Translations under genes and position numbers: made by a program
In this document: in pieces, positions 10,912 to 20,200 of the stretch
Layout: each line of letters opens with the position of its first letter
Numbering within the stretch: position 1 is the stretch's first letter
From: an uncultured candidate division Zixibacteria bacterium
GTDB lineage: Bacteria; Zixibacteria; MSB-5A5; RBG-16-43-9
DNA length: 64,000 nt
Direction of reading: 5' to 3'
Assembly: GCA_963713865.1 (NCBI GenBank)
Contig: OY970208.1
Span: forward strand, 544,001-608,000
Notes under the pieces: model-generated
What the model was told of the DNA's origin: nothing
The model's database searches: none
What the model saw: the letters and a program-made list of their open reading frames with translations, nothing else

Positions 10912-11533
10912 AACTGCCTATCAGTCTGAAGAATCGGCTGAAACCTACGACAGGATTAGATTTGATAGTTTTAAAGGGAAACTGGCAGATAGAAGGGAGA
11001 AAAAGATAATAGGAAAGTTTCTCAAAGACCTTCCTAAAGGTAGCCTGGTTTTGGATTTGGCTTGTGGAACCGGAAGAATCGCTGAGTTTTTATTATCTCA
11101 AGGTCATAGAGTCTGGGGAGTAGATATCTCAAAAGAAATGCTGAAAGTTGCAGAAGAAAAACTTAGCTCCTTTGGAAAATCAGTTAATTTCTACCAGGCA
11201 GAAGCAGAGAATCTGCCTTTTGAAAAAAAGTTATTTGATAGTGCTACCTGTATCAAGCTTTTGGGACACATCCCACCTGAAACCAGGATTAAAATCCTTC
11301 AGGAGTTAAAAAGGGTTACTAAAGGTTCTCTTGTTGTGGCTTATTACCTCTCTGGACCGATTGCGAATGCCAAAAGGAAAATCAGGAAATTCATTACAGG
11401 TAATAAAGCTCCCTGGTATCCAATTAGCAGAAAGTGTTTAAAAGAAGAGATAACTTTAGCTAATCTGAGAATTCTTAAAGAAAAACCGGTATTAGCATTT
11501 GTTTCTGAAACCTTGATTCTTTTGTTAGATTGA
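10886..11533 (+). CDS. Class I SAM-dependent methyltransferase
   Basis: VLDLACGTG, GVDISKEML, AENLPF. Confidence 0.88.
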   Translation: MVELSYPAKTAYQSEESAETYDRIRFDSFKGKLADRREKKIIGKFLKDLPKGSLVLDLACGTGRIAEFLLSQGHRVWGVDISKEMLKVAEEKLSSFGKSVNFYQAEAENLPFEKKLFDSATCIKLLGHIPPETRIKILQELKRVTKGSLVVAYYLSGPIANAKRKIRKFITGNKAPWYPISRKCLKEEITLANLRILKEKPVLAFVSETLILLLD

Positions 11534-11579
11534 AGTTAAGAGGTTATACAGTAGAGTAGTGTCAAGAAAGAAGTAAATT

Positions 11580-12839
11580 ATGGTTCATTATTTCGATAAC
11601 AAAAAAGAAATCGTGTTATGCCTTTTGATGATTTTCTTTCTTGCTTTTGCTTTAAGATTTATTTGGGTTTCAAAGCTGGGGTCTAAATTTTATTGGTCAG
11701 ATGAATATGAATATAACAAAATTGCCACTAACCTATTGGAAGGGAAAGGATATTCCTTGGATGGGGTCAAACCAACCGCCTATAGACCACCTGGACAATC
11801 AATTTTTCTGGCGCTTTTATATTTTACCTTCGGTCATAACCTTTTCTTAGTAAGGATCTTCCAAAGCATAATGGGGTCTTTAGCCTGCTTCTTAGTATAT
11901 TTAATCTGTTCCAAACTTAGTTTTAGCTCATCCGCTTCACTCCTATCTAGTTTATTAGCTGCTCTTTATCCATATTATATCTATGCGGCCGGGAGTTTAT
12001 ATCCTATAATTCTTTTGACCCTCCTACTCCTTTTGGCCTCACTTTTCTTAATTGATGCTTATGGTCGATATAAAAATCTCAGCTTAATAAGTGCAGGTAT
12101 TTGTTTAGGCTTAGGAACGTTAACAACTCCCCACTTATTTATATTATTTCTCTATGTTCCATTTTGGTTGATATTGAACCCAAGAATATCCACATTGAAG
12201 AAAAAGTTGGCTTATTTCTCAATAATTTCGATAACCTTTATTTTAACAGTATCACCCTGGCTTGGACGGAATTACTATGTCTTTCACAAAATCACTTTTT
12301 CAACTAATGGCGGTTATAATTTTTGGTTAGGCAACAACCAAGAAGCTACTCCAACCAGTGGAAATAAAGTCTCAGTACCAGCAGAACTAAATAAAAAATT
12401 AGGTTTAGCTATCAGTGAAGTAGAAAAAGAAGAAATTTTCGTAAAAGAAGCTTTAGGTTTTATTAAAGAGCATCCGATAAGATTTGCTTATCTCAGTCTG
12501 GGCAAGGCTTTAAATTTCTTTAGCTTTTATCCGGAGACCGCTACTCAAAATGAACATACTTCTTATAAATTCAAGATTATTTCAATTCTATCCTACAGTC
12601 CAATTCTGATTTTTGGAATATTGGGAATGTTTGTCCTTCGGAGACGTTGGAAAGAACTATCGATTTTCTTATGGTATCTTATCTCTTTTGTGTTGCTTTG
12701 CAGTTTTTCTATTTCTAAGATCAGATTTCGTTTACCCTTAGATGTTTATTTAATAATTTTTAGTAGCTACTTTATTGTTCTCTTGATGGAAAAGACTTTT
12801 GTTAGATTTCATATAGCAACGATAAAAAGCGAGTATTGA
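11580..12839 (+). CDS. GT-C fold (ArnT/PMT-like, GT39/83) membrane glycosyltransferase
   Basis: DEYEY after TM1, TAYRPPG, PWLGRNY, NFWLGNN, RFRLP; many TMs. Confidence 0.75.
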   Translation: MVHYFDNKKEIVLCLLMIFFLAFALRFIWVSKLGSKFYWSDEYEYNKIATNLLEGKGYSLDGVKPTAYRPPGQSIFLALLYFTFGHNLFLVRIFQSIMGSLACFLVYLICSKLSFSSSASLLSSLLAALYPYYIYAAGSLYPIILLTLLLLLASLFLIDAYGRYKNLSLISAGICLGLGTLTTPHLFILFLYVPFWLILNPRISTLKKKLAYFSIISITFILTVSPWLGRNYYVFHKITFSTNGGYNFWLGNNQEATPTSGNKVSVPAELNKKLGLAISEVEKEEIFVKEALGFIKEHPIRFAYLSLGKALNFFSFYPETATQNEHTSYKFKIISILSYSPILIFGILGMFVLRRRWKELSIFLWYLISFVLLCSFSISKIRFRLPLDVYLIIFSSYFIVLLMEKTFVRFHIATIKSEY

Positions 12840-12889
12840 AATATGTTTCTGAGACATCGATTCTTTTATTGAATTGAGGTAAACTATTT

Positions 12890-12934
12890 ATGAAGATTTT
12901 ATTTGTAAACAGATACTATCGAGGCTATAAATGA
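12890..12934 (+). other. 14-codon mini-ORF MKILFVNRYYRGYK, ATGA-coupled to the downstream methyltransferase
   Basis: GAGGT upstream; TGA overlaps ATG 12931; homologue at 14686-14730. Confidence 0.5.
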
Positions 12935-14670
12935 ATACGGTAATAACTGAGCAAAAGCCAAAAACTGAGTTAGAATATACCAATTGTGATTTCTGCGGTG
13001 AGGACAAAACCAGCCTCTTTCTGGAAGCAATGTCTGAGGATACCCCGGAGAAATTTAAGATTGTAAGATGCAATAATTGTGGATTACTCTATCTAAATCC
13101 TAGGCCGGTCAAGGAGATTATTGGAAGATATTACCCTGTAGATAGCTATTATGCTTATCAAGATTTCTCAAACAAAAAATTCAATTATCGGGAATGGTTA
13201 AAGAAAATCTCCTTAGATGGGTATTACAATTCAAAAAATAGTTTTAAAAAACTTCTCTCTCTGCTTTTAGTCAGAAATTTTATGATTGTGGTTCCGAACG
13301 AAAAAAGGGGAAGACTCTTAGACATAGGTTGTGGGAGTGGGGAATTTTTGTACCAGATGAGAAATTTTGGCTGGGATGTCTCTGGAGTAGAGATAAATCA
13401 AGCATCTGCTAATTTGGGAAACAAACAGGGGCTTAATATCTTCTGCGGAGAATTAGGGGGTGCTGATTTCTCAGATAACTTTTTCGATGTAGTGGTCTTA
13501 AACCAGACCTTGGAACATGTTTACTCCCCCGGTTCATATCTGAAAGAAATACATAGAATTCTCAAACCAGAAGGGACTTTAATAATCGCCGTGCCTAATA
13601 TCGGGTGTATGGAGAGCAAAATGTTTAAAGAAAACTGGCACCTTTTAGATGTTCCGACACACCTTTATTTTTTTAATACCACTTCTCTAAGGCGGTATTT
13701 GGAAAAGTATGGATTTGCAGTTGAGGAAGTTCTTTCCAAAAGATTTAGTCTCCCTCTTAACGAAATAAGAGCTGATTTAAAAGCAGTTATTCAAAATGAA
13801 TGTAGAGATAAAAGTTTTTTAAATAAAACACTGATGAGCATTCGAGTAATTTCTCGATTGATCATTGCAAAAAGTTTAAGATTTCTCTTCATTCGAGATA
13901 AGGTTGAGGAATTAGGTGTATATATCTCTTTCTATGTCCGAAAACCGAGAATAAGAAATGTAATTCCTTGCACGAGGGAACTCTCAACTCAAAAAGACAG
14001 GGGGCTAAATAGCATGAATAACTTTATGCTGAAGACTAATAAAAGAAGAATACTCAGGTACAGCAAACGGTATAAGATAGTTCAAAAGTATTGTTTCGGC
14101 AAAACAGTTTTAGACCTGGGTTGTGTTGATCACTCCGCTGAGGCGGAAGAGAACTTCAATGACTGGCTTCATAAAGGAATAAAGGATGTGGCTAAAGAAG
14201 TGGTAGGGCTGGACAATGCCGAGAAAGAAGTAAAGCTTCTAAATCAACGAGGATATGACATCTTAGCGGGAGACGTGGAGAACTTCAATTTAGGTAGACG
14301 TTTTGAGGTAGTTGTTTGTGGAGAATTGATTGAACATGTCAACAACCCGGGGCTAGTTCTACAAAATATCAAGAAGCACCTACTAAAAGAAGGTACTCTT
14401 ATTGTTACAACCCCGAATTCTGAATCGATGTTGTGGGTTCTGTATAACCTGGTTTATGGAAGAGTGCCCTGTAATCCAACCCATGTTTTTTGGTATAATT
14501 ACCAAACCCTTACAGAACTTTGTAGAAGATACGATTTCGAGGTTGTAACCACCTATTACGAAGTAGGTAATCCTAATAACAGGGTGCTGTACAACATTGA
14601 GCGATGTATGCGTTCCATCAGGAAGAATTGGGCTCACGAACTGATTGTGATATTTAAGAACAAACATTGA
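12931..14670 (+). CDS. Tandem double class I SAM methyltransferase (Cys-motif MTase fused to a second MTase starting near 14014)
   Basis: CDFC...CNNC N-terminus, LLDIGCGSG; second domain VLDLGC...GELIEH; possible internal ATG at 14014. Confidence 0.8.
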   Translation: MNTVITEQKPKTELEYTNCDFCGEDKTSLFLEAMSEDTPEKFKIVRCNNCGLLYLNPRPVKEIIGRYYPVDSYYAYQDFSNKKFNYREWLKKISLDGYYNSKNSFKKLLSLLLVRNFMIVVPNEKRGRLLDIGCGSGEFLYQMRNFGWDVSGVEINQASANLGNKQGLNIFCGELGGADFSDNFFDVVVLNQTLEHVYSPGSYLKEIHRILKPEGTLIIAVPNIGCMESKMFKENWHLLDVPTHLYFFNTTSLRRYLEKYGFAVEEVLSKRFSLPLNEIRADLKAVIQNECRDKSFLNKTLMSIRVISRLIIAKSLRFLFIRDKVEELGVYISFYVRKPRIRNVIPCTRELSTQKDRGLNSMNNFMLKTNKRRILRYSKRYKIVQKYCFGKTVLDLGCVDHSAEAEENFNDWLHKGIKDVAKEVVGLDNAEKEVKLLNQRGYDILAGDVENFNLGRRFEVVVCGELIEHVNNPGLVLQNIKKHLLKEGTLIVTTPNSESMLWVLYNLVYGRVPCNPTHVFWYNYQTLTELCRRYDFEVVTTYYEVGNPNNRVLYNIERCMRSIRKNWAHELIVIFKNKH

Positions 14671-14685
14671 GAATACACACAGAGT

Positions 14686-14730
14686 ATGAAGATTTTATTT
14701 ATAAACAAATACTATCGAGGTAATAAATGA
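14686..14730 (+). other. 14-codon mini-ORF MKILFINKYYRGNK, ATGA-coupled to the downstream methyltransferase
   Basis: Homologue of 12890-12934; TGA overlaps ATG 14727. Confidence 0.45.
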
Positions 14731-15773
14731 ACACAGCAATAACTGAACAAAAACCAAAAACTGAGTTAGAATATACTAATTGTGATTTCTGTGGAGAGAA
14801 TAGAACTAATATCTTTCTGGAAGCAGAGTCTGAAGTCAATAAAGAGAAATTTACAATAGTCAGATGTGATAACTGTGGATTAATCTATCTTAATCCTAGG
14901 CCAACTAAGGATATCATTGGAAGATATTATCCTGAAGATAGCTATTATTCTTATCAGGATTTCACAGAAAAAAGATTGAATTACCGGGAATGGCTGAAGA
15001 AGATCTCTTTGGAGGGATATTATAATTCAAAAAATATATTTAAAAAACTCATCGCCAAACTTTTAGTTAGAAATTTCCTGGTCGTGATACCCAAAGAAAG
15101 AAAAGGGAGGCTTTTAGACATAGGTTGTGGGAGTGGGGAATTTTTGTACCAGATGAGAAATTTTGGTTGGGATGTCTCAGGAGTGGAGATAAATCGAGCA
15201 TCTTCTAATTTGGGAAACAAACAGGGGCTTAATATTTTCTGTGGCGAATTGGGGGAAGCTGATTTTCCAGATAACTTTTTTAATGTAGTTGTCCTAAGCC
15301 AAACCTTGGAACATGTTTATTCTCCGGGTAATTATCTGAGAGAAATATATAGAATTCTGAAACCTGAAGGAACTTTAATTATTGGAGTGCCAAACATTGG
15401 GTGTATGGAGAGCAAAATATTTAAAGAAAGCTGGCATGCCTTAGAGGTTCCCAAGCACCTTTACTTTTTTACATGTGACACTTTAAGACGTTATCTGGAG
15501 AAATACGGATTTGAAGTGGAGAAAATTCTTTCTAAAAAATTTAGCTTGCCCCTTAAAGGAATAAAGGCTGATCTAAAAGCATTTATTCAAAATAAAGGTA
15601 AAAATAAAAGTTCTTTGAACAAGATCTGGATGAGATTTCTGGTTGTTTTTCATTTAATATTTTTAAAAAGCTTAAGATGTCTCTTCATTCGAGATAAGCT
15701 TGAGGAATTAGGTGTACATATCTCTTTTTATGCTAATAAACCAGTGAACAAAAAGAAAGAAAAAGTCCATTAG
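14727..15773 (+). CDS. Class I SAM methyltransferase with N-terminal Cys motifs; close paralogue of the N-terminal half of 12931
   Basis: Near-identical blocks such as EQKPKTELEYTNCDFCGE and GRLLDIGCGSGEFLYQMRNFGWDVSGVEIN. Confidence 0.88.
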   Translation: MNTAITEQKPKTELEYTNCDFCGENRTNIFLEAESEVNKEKFTIVRCDNCGLIYLNPRPTKDIIGRYYPEDSYYSYQDFTEKRLNYREWLKKISLEGYYNSKNIFKKLIAKLLVRNFLVVIPKERKGRLLDIGCGSGEFLYQMRNFGWDVSGVEINRASSNLGNKQGLNIFCGELGEADFPDNFFNVVVLSQTLEHVYSPGNYLREIYRILKPEGTLIIGVPNIGCMESKIFKESWHALEVPKHLYFFTCDTLRRYLEKYGFEVEKILSKKFSLPLKGIKADLKAFIQNKGKNKSSLNKIWMRFLVVFHLIFLKSLRCLFIRDKLEELGVHISFYANKPVNKKKEKVH

Positions 15774-15780
15774 GGAATTT

Positions 15781-17028
15781 ATGAAAGTCTTGATGTGCAA
15801 TAAATTCTTGTTTGAAGATGGTGGACCAGAGAGATATATCCTGGAGCTCTCCCGGATGTTGGAAAAACATGGGAACCAGGTTGCCTATTTTGCTATGCAA
15901 CACTCTGAGAACATAAAGACTGAGTACTCAAAATATTTTGTCTGCCAAGTCTCCTTAGGGAATCCTAAAGAGGGAAGTTTACTGGAAAAGATGAAGGCCG
16001 GATTAAGGATAATCTATTCTACCGAAGCTAAGAGAAAGATGGAAAAATTAATCTCAGAGCAGAAGCCGGATCTGGCTCATCTGCATAATATCTATCATCA
16101 GATCTCTCCTTCCATTTTACCAGTTTTACATCAGAAGGGGATTCCGGTGGTTATGAGCTTGCATGATTATAAACTTATCTGCCCGAATTATAGACTTATG
16201 ACCCAGGGGAACATCTGTGAAAAATGCAACTCCACTAAATACTATCAGGCAGTTTTCCATAAATGCGTAAAAGATTCTTTCTCTGCCAGTTTGCTAAATT
16301 GTTTGGAGATGTATGTTCACAAGTTTTTAAAGTTCTACGAGAAAAATGTGGACCTCTTTATTTCACCCAGTCTTTTTATGAAGGAAAAGCTTTCTGAATT
16401 TGGATTTGATAAATCCAAAATCGTTTATCTCCCCCCCTGGGTTAAAGAGATCAAATCTACTCCATCTTATACCTATTCTGATTTCATCCTCTATTTCGGA
16501 AAGATAAACAAAGAAAAAGGAGTGGAGATTTTGATTAAGGCAATGGAAAGAATAAAAGAGGAACAATTGTTTATCGTGGGTGAAGGAGAGGAAAAAAACA
16601 GATTGCAAAATTATATTAGTCAAAATGGAATTGATAATGTAAAGTTTATGGGATTTGCAGAAAAAGCAAAATTAAATGAGCTAATCCAAGAATCAAGATT
16701 TGTGGTCTTACCTTCGCAATGGTATGAGAACTCTCCTTCTGTTATCTATGAGTCTTTTTCTCTTGGGAAACCGGTAATTGGTTCACGTATCGGAGGAATC
16801 CCTGAACTAATTGAAGATGGAATAACAGGACTTTTGTTCGAGCCTTCGAATGTGGAAGATTTAGCGGAGAAGATACACTATCTTTATCACCATCCGCTCT
16901 TAGCTCAGAAGATGGGGATTTCTGCCCGGAAAAAGGTTGAAGAAAAATATTCAGAGGAGGGATATTATAAAAAACTTTTAAGGATATATAACGATCTTAT
17001 TGAAAACGGGGGGGAAAGTTATGTTTAA
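15781..17028 (+). CDS. Glycosyltransferase family 4
   Basis: HLHNIY, LHDYKLICP, PSQWYEN...ESFSLGKPVIGSRIGGIPE. Confidence 0.92.
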   Translation: MKVLMCNKFLFEDGGPERYILELSRMLEKHGNQVAYFAMQHSENIKTEYSKYFVCQVSLGNPKEGSLLEKMKAGLRIIYSTEAKRKMEKLISEQKPDLAHLHNIYHQISPSILPVLHQKGIPVVMSLHDYKLICPNYRLMTQGNICEKCNSTKYYQAVFHKCVKDSFSASLLNCLEMYVHKFLKFYEKNVDLFISPSLFMKEKLSEFGFDKSKIVYLPPWVKEIKSTPSYTYSDFILYFGKINKEKGVEILIKAMERIKEEQLFIVGEGEEKNRLQNYISQNGIDNVKFMGFAEKAKLNELIQESRFVVLPSQWYENSPSVIYESFSLGKPVIGSRIGGIPELIEDGITGLLFEPSNVEDLAEKIHYLYHHPLLAQKMGISARKKVEEKYSEEGYYKKLLRIYNDLIENGGESYV

Positions 17029-18100
17029 AAACACAGAACTCGCTATAATGCCTACTTTTCGCTGTAATGCCCATTGTCAGATGTGTCATATCTGGCAGCA
17101 TCCGAGCAAAAGAGAAGAGGAGCTAACCCTGGAGGATATAGATAAACTTCCTGAAGGTTTTGCGCGCATCAATCTCGGAGGAGGAGAACCAACTCTTCGC
17201 AAGGACATTATTGAAATAGTAGATATTCTCTCAAAAAAAACAAAACATCTTGAGATCAGCACCAATGGTTATTTTACAGAGAAATTAGTCTCCATCGCTA
17301 AAAAACATCCGGATATAAGGATAAGGATTAGCCTGGAAGGTCTGCCCAGGAAAAATGACCAGATCCGTGGAATCAGAAACGGATTTGACCGGGCAATGAG
17401 AAGCATGCTTAAACTAAAAGAACTGGGGATAAAAGATATCGGTTTTGCCATAACCATATCCCATCGGAATGCGGATGAACTGGTAAATTTATACCATCTC
17501 TGTACCTATCTGGGAATTGAGTTCAGCCAGTGCGTGGTTCATAATGCCTGGCAATTCCGCATACCGGATAATCTGATTGACGATAAGGGAAAGGTCATAG
17601 GCGAGATTAAAAACTTCATCCGGGAATTACTTCGATCAAAACGAAGAAATTATTTTTTAAAAGTTAAAGACTGGTATCGGGCTTATATGAACAGAGGATT
17701 TATAAATTTCATATTGGGGGATAAAAGGCTCCTTCCCTGTGGGGCAGGAACAGACATAGTATTCATTGACCCCTATGGTGAAGTTTATCCCTGTAATGCT
17801 CTTAAGGAATCGATGGGTAACATAAAGGAGAAAAGTTTTGAACAGATCTGGAACGGCTCTCAGGTAAAAATGGTTCGAGAAATAGTTTCCAGATGCCCGG
17901 AGAACTGCTGGATGACCGGAACTGCCAAACCTGCACTCAGAAGAAATATACTGAAGCCAAGTTTGTGGATTTTAAAAAACAAGATAAGGCTTTTTTTGGG
18001 GAAAGATCTTATTGGGGACCTTGAGGGAGGAGAAGACCTTAAAAAACTTAAGAGAATTGAAGAAAAGGAAGAAAGTTATTGCCAGCTGATAAACTCTTAA
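17021..18100 (+). CDS. Radical SAM protein with SPASM/twitch domain
   Basis: CNAHCQMC (CxxxCxxC), GGGEP, C-terminal CGAG...VYPC...CPENC; ATG at 17021 follows a G-rich RBS. Confidence 0.9.
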   Translation: MFKNTELAIMPTFRCNAHCQMCHIWQHPSKREEELTLEDIDKLPEGFARINLGGGEPTLRKDIIEIVDILSKKTKHLEISTNGYFTEKLVSIAKKHPDIRIRISLEGLPRKNDQIRGIRNGFDRAMRSMLKLKELGIKDIGFAITISHRNADELVNLYHLCTYLGIEFSQCVVHNAWQFRIPDNLIDDKGKVIGEIKNFIRELLRSKRRNYFLKVKDWYRAYMNRGFINFILGDKRLLPCGAGTDIVFIDPYGEVYPCNALKESMGNIKEKSFEQIWNGSQVKMVREIVSRCPENCWMTGTAKPALRRNILKPSLWILKNKIRLFLGKDLIGDLEGGEDLKKLKRIEEKEESYCQLINS

Positions 18101-18265
18101 GTTAAATGTTATTTTCTAAATAAATCCCCTAACGGAAAAAATTACTTTTTTTAAGAAATATATTCCTGTTGTACTCAAAATCTGAACTTTATTTCAAAAA
18201 ATATCTCCAAAGCTTATTCTTTGATATTCAATGAGTTACATATTAAACTCAACGGGAAACTCCTA

Positions 18266-18465
18266 TAGGCACGCCTTTTGCTAAAATATTGAACAGAATT
18301 TGTTAAGATTTTCAGGATGATGTCGATTAAAGCAAAAGGATAAGCTATGTCCAGGGAAGGGGCGAAAAAAAGTAAAAAGGCTCGTCCAGAAAGAATGGAC
18401 TCAGTCGAGCTTAGCTGGAAGCTAAAGCTAAACTGCCGGAGAAAAAAATGGGGGGTTACTTTCAA
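18266..18465 (+). repeat. Duplicated promoter+leader element, copy 2 (uORF 18347-18535)
   Basis: Homologous to 1204-1402. Confidence 0.9.
18267..18282 (+). promoter_or_regulatory. sigma54 promoter of EPS operon 2
   Basis: AGGCACGCCTTTTGCT, near-perfect -24/-12 consensus. Confidence 0.82.
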
Positions 18466-18539
18466 CTGTTTCCAAATAATCTTTCTCTGTAATTTATCAG
18501 TAACAGTGAGTATTATTAAACTTTTTACTTCATAAAAAT

Positions 18540-19499
18540 ATGCGTTATTTTATTACCGGCGGAGCCGGTTTCATTGGAAGCCACCTGGTGGATAGGTTAA
18601 TTCTTGAAGGAAAGGTTACGGTTTTTGATAACCTCTCCTCAGGTAGAATTGAGTTCATCACCCACCATTTTGGTAATCCAAATTTTGAATTTATACAAAA
18701 AGACCTGCTAGACTTGGATGATTTAAAAGAAGCCATAAAAGACCATGACGTAGTTTTCCATTTAGCTGCAAACCCTGATGCTCGTTTAGGGATTGATGAT
18801 ACCAGCCTGGATTTGAAACAGGAGACCTTAGCCACCTATAACGTTTTAGAAGCGATGAGAGAAGCTGGTATAAAAAAGATTGTCTTCTCCTCCTCTGGCA
18901 CTATCTATGGAGAGACTCCAGTTATCCCTCTTCCAGAAAACTATGGTCCGGTTCTTCCCATCTCCCTCTATGGTGCAGGAAAGGTAGCCAGTGAGGCTTT
19001 GCTCTCTGCTTTCTGTCATACGTTTGACATGCAAAGCTGGATTTACAGATTTGCCAATATCGTTGGTCCACGAGGGACCCATGGGGTAATTTTCGATTTC
19101 CTGCATAAACTGAAAAGAAACCCAAATGAATTAGAGATACTGGGAGATGGAAATCAGAAGAAACCTTACCTCTCAGTAGAAGATTGTGTGGAGGGGATAC
19201 TGTTCGGTTTTGAAAATTCAAACGAGAGGGTGAATTTCTTCAATCTGGGCTGTGAATCTACGACGGATGTGAGGACAATTGCCAAGATGGTTGTAAAAGA
19301 GATGGGTTTGGAAAGCGTTAAATTCGAATACACCGGTGGTGATAGAGGCTGGCCCGGTGATGTCCCGCAGGTGAGGTTTAATACAGAAAAGATGGAAAAG
19401 TTAGGATGGAAACCCAGATACACATCCGACCAGGCAGTTGAAAGAGCTGTAAAATTCCTGGTTGAAGAGATCATAGGAGAGAAAGTATGCAGTTGGTAA
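18540..19499 (+). CDS. NAD-dependent nucleotide-sugar epimerase/dehydratase (GalE-like extended SDR)
   Basis: GGAGFIG, YGAGK (YxxxK). Confidence 0.9.
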   Translation: MRYFITGGAGFIGSHLVDRLILEGKVTVFDNLSSGRIEFITHHFGNPNFEFIQKDLLDLDDLKEAIKDHDVVFHLAANPDARLGIDDTSLDLKQETLATYNVLEAMREAGIKKIVFSSSGTIYGETPVIPLPENYGPVLPISLYGAGKVASEALLSAFCHTFDMQSWIYRFANIVGPRGTHGVIFDFLHKLKRNPNELEILGDGNQKKPYLSVEDCVEGILFGFENSNERVNFFNLGCESTTDVRTIAKMVVKEMGLESVKFEYTGGDRGWPGDVPQVRFNTEKMEKLGWKPRYTSDQAVERAVKFLVEEIIGEKVCSW

Positions 19500-20200
19500 T
19501 CTTAGCTGGAGGTTTAGCCACAAGGCTTTTCCCTTTAACTTCAAAAGTGCCTAAATCTATGCTCGAGATAAATAAACGTCCTTTTCTGGAATATCAGTTA
19601 GAGCTTTTAAAAGAGTATGAGATAAAAGATGTTCTTCTCTGCCTGGGATATAAAGGTGAATTAATTAAAAACCATTTCGGAGATGGGAAAAAATTTGGAG
19701 TTAACCTCTCTTACAGCTTTGATGGGGAGAAACTTTTAGGCACTGCTGGTGCCCTTAAAAAGGCTTATAAGATTTTAAATGATAATTTCATTCTGATGTA
19801 TGGAGATTCCTATCTCCCTTATGACTATTGGAAAATAGAAGAAGCCTTTAAAAACTCTGAGAAACTCTCTTTGATGGTGGTGTATAAAAATCAGAACCGG
19901 TTTGATAAAAGCAATATTCTAATCGCAGATGACTTGGTAAAAGTTTATGATAAAACTCTTAAAGGTGAGAATTTAGAATATATCGATGCTGGGCTTTCGA
20001 TTCTCAAAAAAGAGGTCTTAAGCCTTGTGCCGGAGGATGAGCCTTTCGATTTACAGGAACTCTATAAAACCTTGATCTCTGAACAGGAGATGTTAGCCTA
20101 CGAAGTTAAACAGAGGTTCTACCAAATCGGTTCTCTCGAGGGGTTAGAGGAATTTAAAAACTTAGTTGAAAAGGGGGCAAAAATCTATGATCGTTACTAG
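19487..20200 (+). CDS. Sugar-1-phosphate nucleotidyltransferase (HddC-like)
   Basis: LAGGLATRL...PKSM; LGTAGAL; context of heptose genes. Confidence 0.8.
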   Translation: MQLVILAGGLATRLFPLTSKVPKSMLEINKRPFLEYQLELLKEYEIKDVLLCLGYKGELIKNHFGDGKKFGVNLSYSFDGEKLLGTAGALKKAYKILNDNFILMYGDSYLPYDYWKIEEAFKNSEKLSLMVVYKNQNRFDKSNILIADDLVKVYDKTLKGENLEYIDAGLSILKKEVLSLVPEDEPFDLQELYKTLISEQEMLAYEVKQRFYQIGSLEGLEEFKNLVEKGAKIYDRY

